Shown one piece after another: positions 25,467 through 37,904 of a stretch of 64,000 nt of DNA. Made by a program: the position numbers and the translations under genes. Where the stretch lies: the NCBI RefSeq assembly GCF_018977255.1, contig NW_024704742.1:82834001-82898000 (forward strand), given 5' to 3'. The notes beneath the pieces were generated by a model that ran no database searches, had not been told where the DNA came from, and was given only the letters and a program-made list of their open reading frames with translations. This DNA is from Callorhinchus milii. Its lineage: Eukaryota. Each line of letters opens with the position of its first letter. Position 1 is the stretch's first letter.

Positions 25467-27875
25467 TTCGAGAATACCATCTTATCACAACTTTTAAAGT
25501 TAGCACATTACACATGGCATGTTTCACACGCTGATGAAAACTTGAGAGCAAGGCACCATGGTCGATTGGGAGTTTGACTATTGAATGCTTGAATATTAAA
25601 TGCAGATATAATTCATTATTTGTGTTGGACGTGAAAGGCTGTGCCTACGTAATTGGAAATGATGATAGAATTGACTTCTTCTTAGTTTATGCATGTTGAC
25701 AGCACAGAGAATTGTCACCTGTTTTGGATTCTTGCTCTTGAGTGGTGAATCCAATGAACGAAAGAGTAATTCTCAGGGGGTGACTTTTCTGTGTACATTT
25801 CTGATCTCTGGAAGGCGGCTTTAAAGTGGCTCCAAATAGATGCCCTGCTGCTGTGTTTGTTGTTCTTTTAAACTAATCCTCATTAAACTTGATCTACAAG
25901 TTGAGTAGTTGCGGTTTGGTTCCTACGTGAATTCAAATTGTACAAAAAATAACCCTGGACTGCGAGAGGCGGTGCTTCTCGTTCCTTCAGTCTGAAGTTT
26001 TAGGATATTCATTAATTCCTCAACCAGATATGACATGCAATTTAACCCTGGTGAAGATCAGTCATTTTGTTGCCCTGGTAACTTCTTTGAAGAATGAAAG
26101 GCATCGCCCCTTAAAGACTTCAAGCTAAGTGGTGTTATGCCTGTCAAAGTACATTGCAGGATCTATCGTCTTAGTAAGGACTGTCACATTGAGAATGGCT
26201 TTTCCCCTCATATTTAGATATTGTCCTTTGCTGTTAAGGACCTTTGTCGTATACTAGCTCATAAAACTTCACCATGAATATCTGTAAATTGACAGAGACA
26301 ATAAAATATGTTCGCACAAGGTAAAAGTGACAATCACAAAAAGCTTCTCAGTTGTTCAAGAAACATTCCTCTTCATCTCTTACATCAGGGCTGTCTGCAT
26401 TAAACAGTTATCCATTCCTTCCACCATTTTTGGTATACGGCTGGCAACTTGCATTCTGAGACATATTAATTAGTACATGCATTGAAATAACCAACCTTAT
26501 TACTCTGACTGGTCCCTGGGTGTGTCGCATTTGCCTCCTCCTANCCCCCCCCACGCCAATAGGGCTTCACTCTAATGATTCCTTCTGGAATTAAAGTGAT
26601 AGTACGCTGCCTTTTCGAAGCACTGCCTGAGTGTGCTTCTGTGTAAAATCCCAACCTTTTTGACCCATCAAGTTCCGTTGCATGGTGCATTTTATTCCCC
26701 GTAGGATGTCTTTGTACAGTGCATTGTTCAGTGTATATAGCTGCCATGAACAATTCTACACTCAATTGTGCTCCTTCTCTGGCTGCACTGCCCGATGTCA
26801 CAGGGCACTTGTAGGAAGATGATGAAAACCCTTCGGGAACACCTGGATTGAAAAGAATTCAAATGGATTCCAAAAGCACTTCCTTAGGTCAACGAGTTTT
26901 GGAAAGGCCAGCAAGCAGCTGAATTGGTTAAAAGATTAAATGAGGAAGACCCTGTTACCATAACAGAACCGCACACACCAATAGCAAAGGAAAGTAGAAG
27001 AAAGGGATTTACATTAAATCTTGGAATTTTTTTCCCCCGCGAGGATGGGGCATTTCCTTGTGCAGCGTAAACGCACTGCAGCAAAACAAAAATTGCCCCA
27101 AGTTGGAGTTTAGTCATAACAATTGTAATGTTATGATCAGCAGCCTTACAGATTGTGCAATCTTTGGTTGTTTCATTAACCAGGTTATCTGTAGATGAAG
27201 CGATTGTGGGCATACAGTGTAGATAGTGCATGCAAGTTCATCACCCAGCTGCTGTTCACTCGCAAACTCTCCCAATCTGAGAAAACAAAGGTTTCATTGT
27301 ACTTGGTTCAACTCTGCCCATTGTACCCTGGCACACAATTAGTACAGTTACCGTGCTGTGTTGGGTAGTTAGCTGAGGACTGGTATGCAAGATGGAATCT
27401 GTTTTGTGATTATGTTTACAATTAGAACAGGCGCAGCAGAATTTGCAGACAGAGACCTTGCTCCCCTTGCCTCACTCCTAGTTAACTGAACAATCGACTA
27501 CCATTATCCTCAACTTCACAGCAGAAGTGACTACAATTAGCTGATTCCCTTGAGATTAAATCATTGTTGTTGAGCCACTGCAGCTGGATGTGGATTGCAG
27601 ATCATGTTAACAGGAATGCAAACTAAATGGTTGTTTAAAGAGGGGGAGATTGAAGGTTGTGTATCACCTCACAGATTTTTATTTGTGAACCTTAGATGAA
27701 GAACCAAAGCCTATGGTGCAAGATGCTACCAAGGGCAAAGGGTGAAATAAACCAAGGAATAGTGGTTTGGTGAGCACAATCTTGGGTTTTAAAAGCCCAT
27801 GGATTGCAGGAGGATGGTAAATCTTAGATCCATATTTGGGTTAATTGCAGCAAGTTATGGCTATCACATCGTGAT

Positions 27876-28216
27876 CTCATTGCCTTAGATTTATGTTCCT
27901 CCAAATAGCACATGAATTTCCTGATCAAATGATTGACAGTGTACTTATTACTAAATCTGGATGGAAGAAGGAATTAGGGATTTCCACAGGCTTGAGGTAT
28001 TGAGACAGAGAGAGTTAGAGTGGAAAATGCAATGGAAGGATTACCTCATTTCCTTGGATTTCTTTTTCTCCAAATAGAGCATGAACTTCCCGATCAAATG
28101 TCTCTGTAAACTGATTGACGGTGTTCTACTAAATCTGATGGAGATCGGAAATAGGAAGTTGTACAGTCTTGTGTTCATTCCTGAGCCAGAGTGAGTTAGA
28201 ATGGGAAACTCAGGGA
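27876..28216. repeat. Diverged tandem duplication, ~169-bp period, two units
   Basis: CCAAATAG at 27901 and 28070; collinear CATGAA..GATCAAATG, TGATTGAC, TACTAAATCTG and GAGTTAGA blocks in both units. Confidence 0.85.
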
Positions 28217-28334
28217 TCCAATGAATTTTTTTTATTTTGAGGTTGTGAGGATTTCTGTGAAGAAAGAAAAACATATAGGATAATGTGTTTAGAGCTTGTT
28301 TATTCAACATTGTTTATTATTATTTAATGACATA

Positions 28335-28548
28335 TAAATAGAAAAGGGAGTATCTCTCTGTGTCCTGGCAAACAATCACCCAAATAAAATGAGGTCATTC
28401 ACTTCACAGGTGATTGTGGGACGTCGCTGTGAGCAGTTAGCTGCCAAGTTTGTCCATAAAAATACAGTCACTACACTTTGCAGTAAATCTTACAAAACGC
28501 TTTGAGACGTCCTCCAGATGTGAAAGCAAATGCAAGGAATGTTATTTT
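28335..28548 (+). mobile_element. Deu-core SINE 3' half
   Basis: Deu 3' block and tail. Confidence 0.8.
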
Positions 28549-29115
28549 TAGTGAGCTCTGAATGTTTTGTTAAGATTGTTTCATTGCTTTTGCATTGTGA
28601 GTTGGAAAAAACAGAATCTACTCAGAAATTTGCATTGAAAACTTATTTAAAAGCTGAGTTTAGCGATGCCTTGCTTTAACCAAATGGTTGGCCTTCATTT
28701 CAACATGTTTCCTTTTGGCCCTTTGGGATCAATTGTGACTGCAGCAGCTGGTATTGAGGAGCTGAAGCTGCATTTATGTGATAGACCTGCACTTTGTGTT
28801 GAGTACCAGTGTGTGCATTAGTGACCAATGTAATTATACTAATCAGGAAAACTAATAGCATTCAGTGTGGCCCATAGTCCAATAACATGTCAGGTTTGAA
28901 GGATGCTGCTGTACATACACACCCACAAACACTGTAATGATGTTTAATCAGTTTCTCTACCTGGACAAACATCACGTGTATGGCTATTATCTACTCTGAA
29001 GGGGGGAAAGATGTACCAATATCGTACTTTATTTGGCGCAGCTATTTTTGTTTGTTTCGTCTTTCCCCCCCCCCCCCCCCCGAGTGCTTAACTTCTCCAC
29101 AATTGTAATAGCCAG

Positions 29116-29720
29116 GTATTAGCCTGGCTCAGTCAATAGCACTTTCTTCCTCTGCGGCAGAAGGTTGTAGAGTCGAGCCCTATGTCGAGAACTTGAGCTC
29201 ACAGTCTCTGCTGACATTCCAGCGTGGTGCTGGGAGAGTGCTATGTTGTTGGAGGTGCCTTCCTTCAAATCAGACGTTAAACTGAGATCCCATCTAACTG
29301 TTCAGATGGATGTTAATGGCAATATTCAAAAAGAGAAGGGATTTTTCCCTGGGATCCTGGCCAACAATTCCCCAAATAAAATTGGTCATTCTTTCATGGC
29401 TGTTTATGGGACATTGTTCTTTGCCTATAAAAGGTACAGTGACTACACGTTACAGTAAATCCTTTGAGATGCCCTTTAGATGTGAAAGGTACGACAATAA
29501 TATCAACCTTTTCATTTTGTATAGCGCCTTCACATTAGGAAGACATTGCAAAGCACTTCATAGGATATCCTGTATAGTGACTGTATTTTGTAGGCGAGCA
29601 CAGCAGCTAATTTGCAAGCAGCACGCAACGAGACGAATGAGCAATTTTATCTGGGAGATTGTTAACCAGGACACTGGGGAAAAAAAACTCCTCTTTTCAA
29701 ATAGTGCACTATGTGCATTC
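29116..29720. mobile_element. Two Deu-core SINEs tail-to-tail (plus 29116-29505, minus 29505-29720)
   Basis: Plus copy has head and core; it is immediately followed by a reverse-complement tail and core. Confidence 0.8.
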
Positions 29721-30527
29721 ATGTGAATAAAAGGACGGTGAGAGCTTGAAATGTTTTGATATCATTAAGATGGAGAGGTATAATGATAATAATGAACTTC
29801 CAAGATGTTACTTCTAGCAACGGAGTGAGGTAATTACCCATCAACCATCTCAGATTGCAGCCTACCAACTGTCAATCACCAGCTTGATGCAGTGCGGGCT
29901 ACACAGCGCCAATCATGTGTGAATCATGTTCGCGTAATTCCTAGGTTTTTGATTTGACAGTCAAAAAAAAAAATGATGTGCCTGCAGCTTTCTTTTTTAG
30001 AACTTCTTTTAAAGTACATTGTGGCAAATTAGTAGAGTTCATGAAAAGGCGGCGTTGCGCAGACTTGTGAGGCGAGTTAATTTTCCTAATTGCCCGATTG
30101 AAAAACGTACTGGTGAGTGGCAAAGTGACGGGTTAGCAGCCTCGCGCTAACTCGCACCTGGAGTGTGCCGCACACGTCGATGCGCTCGTATTGTCTTACT
30201 TACACAGGAGTTGCTGCAAACCTGACTGCAAGCACTGGTTCCAGAAAGGCGTGTTGACACACTGCTTTATCTCCTTTGACACGTGTTGATGATATCTTCT
30301 CGCTCCGATCTGGCTGCTGGCCTTGATATTTCCGTGCAAACCTGGAAATCCGATTGTTGCTTTGAAAAGGCATGAATAAAAAGTGTGGTATTTCAGGAAT
30401 GAGCGTGATTAATGGCATTCACTCTAAGCTGTTCACAGTAATAAACCATTGGAGTAAGAGAACACTGTAATTACTATTAGAAAATGAAGCGCTGTTCAGT
30501 TTCCCGCTGAGTTTCTTCAATGAGCGG

Positions 30528-30830
30528 CTGAGTCATACTGACAGGGACCTTCCGAAATCCCATATTCCTGGTGTGCGCTGAGTTCACTGACTTCAGTTTG
30601 GGCAGCAGTTGGAACATTATAATTGGCCTCAGCCCCTTTGGGTTAGCAAAATATCAGCCAGTAATTCTTGCTCCTTATCATTATTGTTTCGCCCACAGAA
30701 TGTACAGTCAATTCACTTTACAGTATATTCTATGAAATGTTTTGAGACATCTCAATGACGTGATAAGGTGCTACATCAAATTCAAGGATTATTATATGGG
30801 CACCTTCTGCTGGAAGGTATGCATATCGGT
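30528..30830 (+). mobile_element. LmeSINE1-like ancient SINE interrupted by a SINE tail copy (30686-30795)
   Basis: CCTGGTGTGCGCTGAGTT...AATTGGCCTCAGCCCC...ATCAGCCAG...GCTCCT, continuing as CTGCTGGAAGGT after the insert; resembles the LmeSINE1 consensus as I recall it. Confidence 0.55.
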
Positions 30831-32337
30831 GTAGCTGTTAGGCCTTTTTGGAGGGTCTGACACGCGCGGAGTTGAACAGCACAGGCAGTTGTTTGCTTTG
30901 GGCCAGAGCGAAGTGCAGTGTTCTGCATCCTGCAGTTTCCAGATTCTTGGCCACGTTGGCAAAGCCAATCATCCACCTGTCACAATGATCACTTGCAACC
31001 GGATCTAAAGCAAGAAATAGAATTGAAATTGACCTGTCCGTCGACTGTGTAAAGGAACAGCGAAGCTGAGAGAAATCTATGGAAATTGTGTCTGGCCTTC
31101 GGGTTTTCCAGTTGTTGAGTAAATTAGGAGCCTGCTGTAAATGTAGAGTTACGGTGACTTGCTTCCGAGAGTTAGCATCATGTTTAAAATTGCTGGTATT
31201 GGCACTTCCTGTGGGTTTGCGCTGTTGAGCTCAGTGTTCCTGAAATGTAGTGTACCAGAGATAATCAAGGCCTGTTTGTTTCTATCCTGCCTAGATAGAA
31301 AGTTGGCTGATTTTAATTTAACGCAGAAACTAAGCCAAAGTGGATGAAAATGATGAAATGGTAGCACTATCGTTATATTCTCAGCCTCAATGACCACTTG
31401 AGACAAGGCATTCCTGCATGTTTTAATAACCCTCCAGTTTCTTCCAACTTGCAGTGACAATTCTATGTTTATTCATCCCATACATGAGGGAGAAAGGAGC
31501 AGAAAGATTTGAGAGAGGGCATTAGGAGGGGAAGGGCTCCTGTTGAGTTAAACACTGTTGGAGACTAGCTGGGCCATGTGGTCTCTTTCCTTGTTATAAT
31601 GTACTATACAATTCTATGTACTGTACGCCAGTGAGATTACAGACTGAGCAGTCAATATATTCTCAGTTAATGGCTGTGTTCCAGCAACTGATAATCACAA
31701 TTTTTGTTTGCTTTAAAATTAACCCAACCATAAAGTGCAAAGTTCTAGGTTAGGACTCGGAAACACAAAGGAGAGTGAACATAGGACTGTCACTGCAACA
31801 GTTTGGGAAGTTGGTTTAAAAACTCTAGAGCAATTAAAACATGCAGGAATGTCTTGTTTCAAGTGGCTATTGAGGTTTAGAGCATAACAACTTTGAAAGG
31901 TATAAGATAAACATTTCAAGCAGGATGGGATCTAATTTTACGATCTTTGCAAAATAAAAACAGTGGAAAGTCTTAACTGTATCTTCAGTTTTGTTGTCTA
32001 ATTTGGGAATAACTACAAGATGGTCTGTTCCCCGGCCTTTCTGTTGACGCACTTTGGAAGCTTTAGAAAATTTGCAACAAATTAGACAGCAAATCAGAAG
32101 CTACAATTTACCTCTTCCCACCCTTTTTGAGAACATCAATTTGGACTCTGATGTAGGGGACTAATTGAGGAGGAAGGGGAAGAAAATTAAAAATCTCAAC
32201 ATTTCTTAAACCTGCATTTGATTTGGTTCCTGGCTGTGGGGGTGGGGAATATATAGTTCTCGCTGATAGAAGTTGTTTTCAGCGCCTTGGGACGTCCTCC
32301 CAAGATAAAAGGTGCTCTATAAATGTAATTTAGTTGT

Positions 32338-32636
32338 TAAAATGATGAGGGGTTTTGATAGTCAGTAGGGAGAAATTATTTCCATTGGTCGGTGAGTCAT
32401 CACTTAAAGATAGCTAGCAAACTGGGAGTTTAGAAGAATTTTTTTCATGTACAGAATAGTTTAGATATGGAATCCCCTGAGGCGAGCAGTGTATGAGGCA
32501 GAATCCATATTAGCTTTCAAAAGGGAACTAGATAAATACCTTTTTTTGAAAAAAAAGGACTCAACTATGGGAGTATGGAGAAAGGACAGGTAAATGAGAT
32601 TGAAAGGATTGCTCTTAAAAGAGCTAGCACAGACAC
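32338..32636 (+). mobile_element. CR1 LINE 3' fragment, decayed
   Basis: KMMRGFD...EKLFPLVGES...WNPL...FQRELDKYL; closely similar to 22675-22990. Confidence 0.8.
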
Positions 32637-32821
32637 GTAAGAATTTTTAGGGATAAAAAAGACCTTGATACTCAACAAGCCCCATTCTCTTTCCATGGTT
32701 CTCAGTCCCAGATGCCTGCTTTCTCACCACTCTCGTCTCTCTACAGAAAGCCATTGTGTTGTCTCTTGAACCCATTTCTTCTACTGTTTCAGTATTATCA
32801 GCCATTGTTCCTCAAAATTAT

Positions 32822-33005
32822 AACAATAATGATGATATTCCTTGCATTTGATATAGTGCCTTTCACGTCAAGAGGATGTCTCAAAGCGCTTTACAAGATT
32901 TACTGTGAAGTGTAGTGACTGTGCACATTGTAGGCAAACACAGCAGCCAGTTTGAGCAAAGCAGTGACCCGCAAACAGCCACAAAGTGAATGACCGATTT
33001 TATCT
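32822..33005 (-). mobile_element. Deu-core SINE 3' fragment
   Basis: Reverse complement of the tail and Deu 3' block. Confidence 0.8.
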
Positions 33006-34204
33006 GATAATTCAGCCTGACGTCCATTCTTACTTATATATTGCTTTTTTTAAAAAAAATTACATTCCCTGTTGATTCGGAACAAGAGAAACAGAAGATG
33101 ATCACAAAGATCTCAGTATGTGGTGAGCAACAACATACTTAGGAAGCTCTTGACTCTTGCTTTTGTTTAGAAAGCTTTGTGTCTGCTAATCCAGCAATGT
33201 GTCTATTGCAACACAGAATCATTTTTGCGAAGGAATTACCCCCAGGCCATGCTTGAACTGTCCATTATGAGCTTGTAATGTTCCCCATGGAGCGTATGGC
33301 AAATGCTGGCACAAGTGCTCCTTAGAAGCAAACGTTCTCACAAGAAGCGTGCCCATTAATTTACGTGTCGTGTATTACAGGCTGTGCTCTGTTTGGCCAG
33401 AGTTCTGCCTTATTTGATTAGTCATTTTGGCGTTTAATGTATCTCAAATGCCCTGTGTGCTGTGGTTTTAATTCCTTATGTATAGTTTGATGCCAAGTGA
33501 TAATAAGCGGCAATAAAAAGGACAGGCTAAGCGCTTCTTTCGTAACAGCTGATTTCAATGTGGCTTTAAATATTTATGGTTTGAAGACTGGAAACTGATT
33601 TGATTTCTGCTTACTTGCCGCGCCAACTCCCACCCACTCCTTTTCCACTCCCATTGGGACTCCAGAAATAATCACTGTCCGCAATGTTAATGCTCCAACC
33701 GGTGTGGAGCGTCGCGTTCCCACTCGCTTCGTGCCGTTAGTTTGAGTGAGTTGTGCAGAGCCCCTGCTTCACTGTCTATCAGTGGAGTGTGTCTGAAAGT
33801 GAGAGTAGATTAACCAACAGAATTGGCCCTCAATCACTCTGCCTCCCCACGCTCCACCCCCCTCTCAATCCTCCAAACTGGATATATGGAAGGATAAAAG
33901 TGTAAGTGCTAATTAAAGGAATATTTGTTTTCATTCCCTTTTATAACTGGGACTAATAACACCAGGCACTGTACAGTTTGCTTTTGTACAGCTCTGCCTG
34001 TTACAATCTGTGAAGCTTTCGAGGAGCTAATCTCGTACAGACTGGAACTAACGGTCACTGTTGACTGCGAATGCTTCAGAGCAAACGTGAAACAGCTGCG
34101 AAAACATTGCTTGCTCTGGGATGAGTGCGAACCCGAGCTTAAGTGGCAAGAATGTGAAGGGTTCCAAGGCCTGACATTCCACATAGATCTTAAGCCATTT
34201 TGAG

Positions 34205-34400
34205 CTTGAAAAATGTTAAGGTGGCACAGAATGGTGTAAAATACTTTTAGACTTTTAATTCAATCTTAATTTGGAAGCTAATTTTCTGAACCTGTACAAA
34301 ACAACCGGCTGCCGAAGTAAGGCTGAATTTTAGGGTTTCCACGATTCTTAAATCTTAAGCGACACTGGTCTAAAAGCTAAAACTATGAGAAATGTTGGGC
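34205..34400. mobile_element. Palindromic MITE copy, decayed
   Basis: TTAAGGTGGCACAGAAT...TTTGGAAGCT...GCTAAAACTA shared with the other copies. Confidence 0.55.
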
Positions 34401-34927
34401 TTGTGGACAGCACACGCTCGTGTCCCATTTAGAGCATGATGGTGATTCATATTCAGAGTGAATTTGCCAACTAGGGAGCTGAGGGCTCAGCTAAACAGCT
34501 GGACATATCACCACTGCAGATACGTAGCTAAGCAAGCGAGACAACGGGTTTGTTTTGGTGCTGTCGCGATATAAAATTCAGAGTTACGTTGGACGGAGCG
34601 GCAGAGCTCAATTGATTCCATTGCAGTCTTAACACAGTTGTTCCACTCAGTGTGGCGGCCCACACTGGCTAGAGCAGAACTGCTTTAAGCCTCGGGCACA
34701 GCTGTGAGCTTTCTCTCTGCAACAAATGGAGCATTTGATTATTAACGACATCTTTAATTTAGTACGGCTGTGAATTCCGTGCTTCTACAGAGGAAAGGCA
34801 GGAGGCTATGTGGGGTCCTGTTAGATAGTTGTTAGCAGAGAGAAGTAGTAGAGGGGTACCTAGCAGGTAGCACCAAGTCACGATCAGTAGCTTTTCTGTG
34901 CCTTTCTTGCCTGTTGCCTTGAGCTTT

Positions 34928-35184
34928 GAATATACTGTAAAGTGAATTGACTTTATATTTTGAGTGAAACGCGATGCAGAGCAGTGTCCCACAAACAGTC
35001 GTAGATTGAGTGATCAAATTATTATTTCTTAAAAAAAACAACTGGGTTCCTACCTACTGCTAGGTAAATAGAGGTGTGTTGAATAAGGAAACTTGGATTA
35101 ACGCTTAGCCATGCTGGGAATCAAACCCAGGTCCTCTCACTTGTGAGGCGAGTGCTCTATTTAACCACTAAGCTACAACACTCC
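34928..35184 (-). mobile_element. Young tRNA-derived SINE, long form, distal tail missing
   Basis: Reverse complement GGAGTGTTGTAGCTTAGTGG...GGTTTGATTCCC plus the CCTCTATTTACCTAGCAGTAGGTAGGAACC block. Confidence 0.85.
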
Positions 35185-35489
35185 ACAACAGATCGATTTG
35201 GTGCTAATGTGTGTGATCTTCCATGTGCTGAAGGATACTAACACTCACCATAGCTGTCCAGCAGTGGAGATGGGCTTCACTGAGGCTCAGGGGATACAAT
35301 ACAATTCATGTTTATATAGCCCCTTTCACTGCTCACAGCTAATTCATCTGCGACTGGGGATCATCTCTCCTCTGCTTCTTGGATCTGGGTAGCCTCCTTA
35401 TGTTGTGGTGACCAGATCAAACAAAACCTATTTTGCTAGCTGAAGGTGACCTGTTCCAAGTGACAACTAAGTACCGAGCTGCAGCTTTA

Positions 35490-35740
35490 AGATGCACCAA
35501 GACAGTAGAACAAGATGACATGGGTTTAGAGTTACAAAAGGCAATATCAGGACAGACACCAGGAAGATTATATTTACCCGGAGCGTTATTAATGACTGGA
35601 AGTTAGGGTATACCCTGGAAGGATAATTAGTACCTGGACATTGGACTCATTTTAAAAATAGCCTAATGTTGGATGGGATGGTTGGTGTTTTGGGGGATGA
35701 GATTAGATGCACCTAAAGACCTTCTTCATCCAAATATTAA
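35490..35740 (+). mobile_element. CR1-clade LINE 3' fragment (second family)
   Basis: TR*HGFR...RTDTRK...INDW; the 3' end CCTTCTTCATCCAAA is shared with ~6770 and ~50490. Confidence 0.65.
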
Positions 35741-36357
35741 CAAGATGAGGTGGAATTTCTTGGGACAAGTCTGAGTTATGATGGGAGTTTCCTCCACCTG
35801 CTGACCATATGTACGTGCTAGTGACTTGCGACTCGGTGCTCTTGACCCAGGGTATACCGGCAGTCAGTGTGACGGACTTCCGTCTGCTTTTGAAGAATCC
35901 TGGGGGGAGAAGGAGGAAGTGTCGTTCTCTGGGGAAAAAAATATTCTCTGAAAGCTTAATAGGCATGTAAACTCCAAAATCCCCAGAAAGCTGTGTTTTA
36001 TTGATTGTCAAGTGTGTAGGCTGAGCGCAGGTTGCCCTCTTGAGAAATGTGCTCAAGCCATCAAAGACTCATTTGTGTTTTATCTAGCACCTGTGTTTAT
36101 TTTCCTCTCGGAGCCTTTTGCTCACCTCGGCACAGAATTTGAGTTCCTGGCAAGCTCATTGCCATTCGACCTGCCAGCCAGGCTCTGAGAACCTGCCACA
36201 CTTCTCCGAAGCAGTGGTATCACAATAAGACAGACAGCTGTTCTCAGTTGAGGGCTGGGACTCTGTTATAGTGCTCAGCGGGAAGCCCAGGCAGAGTATG
36301 AACTGTCAGAACAAAAGGAGCAGAACCCATTTGTGTCAATGGTTTCCTTTATTTCAG

Positions 36358-36500
36358 ACTTGCTGTTTGGGGACTGTGAGCACATGACCCTGCGGAGAGC
36401 ATTTGTTGAGATTGGGGGCGAGGGGAGGGGGAGGGAGAGAGAAGTGAGGAGCGGGGTGACCAGCGTGTGAGGCGCTGCTTCTTCCAAGCTCAAAAATATG
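36358..36500 (+). other. Candidate 5' exon ending exactly at a start codon (host gene unidentified)
   Basis: Acceptor-like TTTCCTTTATTTCAG at 36343-36357; AAAAATATG|GTGAGT donor with A at -3; in-frame TGA at 36468; repeat-poor, GC-richer context. Confidence 0.45.
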
Positions 36501-36505
36501 GTGAG

Positions 36506-36513
36506 TGACGTCA
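36506..36513. promoter_or_regulatory. Full palindromic CRE (CREB/ATF) site overlapping the candidate splice donor
   Basis: TGACGTCA with its CpG intact. Confidence 0.35.
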
Positions 36514-37904
36514 GTTAGCCCTAGCGCTTAGTTTATCACAGTCCGTTCAGTTTTCCAAACAATCTTTCCCGGTCATTTAGCAAGATGCTGAGGAACAACA
36601 CAAAGAAGTTTATCTCAACAGCATTAAAGTGGACATTAGCTTGCCAGAGTTCACTTGTACAAGGTTTATGGAGCAGAACACCATTTGGCTGGGAAATTCA
36701 ATGAAAGCTGTAATGTGAGAGGAGTTGACATCCAAAGACTTAAAGGGGCACCAAATGGGGTTTCTCATGCATATTGTTTGTGAATCTGCAAAGCTGCCAT
36801 TTGAACAGGGGAGATCAGGCACTAATGGAGTTTTCTGAATAATCTATATATTCAACGTCCCAGGCAGTAGGAGAAACAAATGATAACTATTGGCCTTACA
36901 GGGACATTTCTGTGCTTCACGCTAAACTACAGAAAGCAATAGATTTGTCAAAATAAATTAAATTTTTTTTTAGAAATAACGCACTCCATGAGGACAGTGT
37001 AAACCCATTTACTCAATGTTCTTACCTTTCCAGAAATTCAAACCCTATTCAAGAAAGTCTATAAAATATGTATTAAATAGGCTAAATGGTGATCTCTCTT
37101 CCCTTCTGCCCCATTAAAAGGTGAAAGTTTACGACAGTGGGTGAATGAATGAATGTCTTGCAAAGGCAGATGAGTTCCAGGGAGACGGCTGGACACTTCA
37201 TAATGATGAGGCAAGTTACCAGTAATTCAATCAGATCAGTCTGTAATAAGCAGGTCAGGTTTACAGAACAGCCTGGAGCTGGGGCCCCTGTGAACAGCTC
37301 TGGAATGCTCCACAGTTGTGCCCGTTGGGCACAGCGTGGGGAGCCAGGCTGATTTGCGTGCCTGGGTATATTGTGGAAGAGACGCCACTGCTTGAGGCCT
37401 TAGCAGCCTCTCCACAGCAGCTGAGTGGTGGTATGTCCAGATGTTGCATATAAATCACCCGCACACAAGGAGAACAAAGCCTCGCTACCTCGCTTGTGAA
37501 AAGATATCCATCTTCCAACTCCAGAGTCTCAGTTTTTTAAAAAAAGACTGGTTTTCTTGTGTCGAGTTCATGTTGTGCCAGCCAGGCACTTTTAACCAAA
37601 AGGGATTCACAGTGAAGTGTTGGTACAGTGTCAGTCTTGCTTAGCGCTATGGGCTTTGTAAAATTGCCAAAGCCACTTTTTTTTCCCTCCCCCACCCCCC
37701 TCCCCCACCCCCCTCCCCCGGTGGAAGGTCAAGGTAAGCTAATCCTATGTAACCAGGTGGGTAGGCGCGATGCAGACACACAATGGCAACAATCCATCTG
37801 GTGAATCATTAAACACTTCGAGGAAAGTAACATGAGCCCTGGCAAAACGGAATCTGGAACATTCCGAGCGTATTCGCCACCCTGAGTAAAAATTGTCATC
37901 AGCA

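Noticed and set aside
26540..26555. N base beside a C-run (another N at 46035)
   Set aside because: Assembly ambiguity at homopolymers, not biology.
26704..27070. Acceptor-like site and purine-rich, exon-looking sequence
   Set aside because: All frames hit stops, there is no good donor and no recognisable protein.
33925..34203. 92-aa ORF with an internal acceptor-like TTTTGTACAG
   Set aside because: No recognisable homology and no strong donor; the length is within chance.
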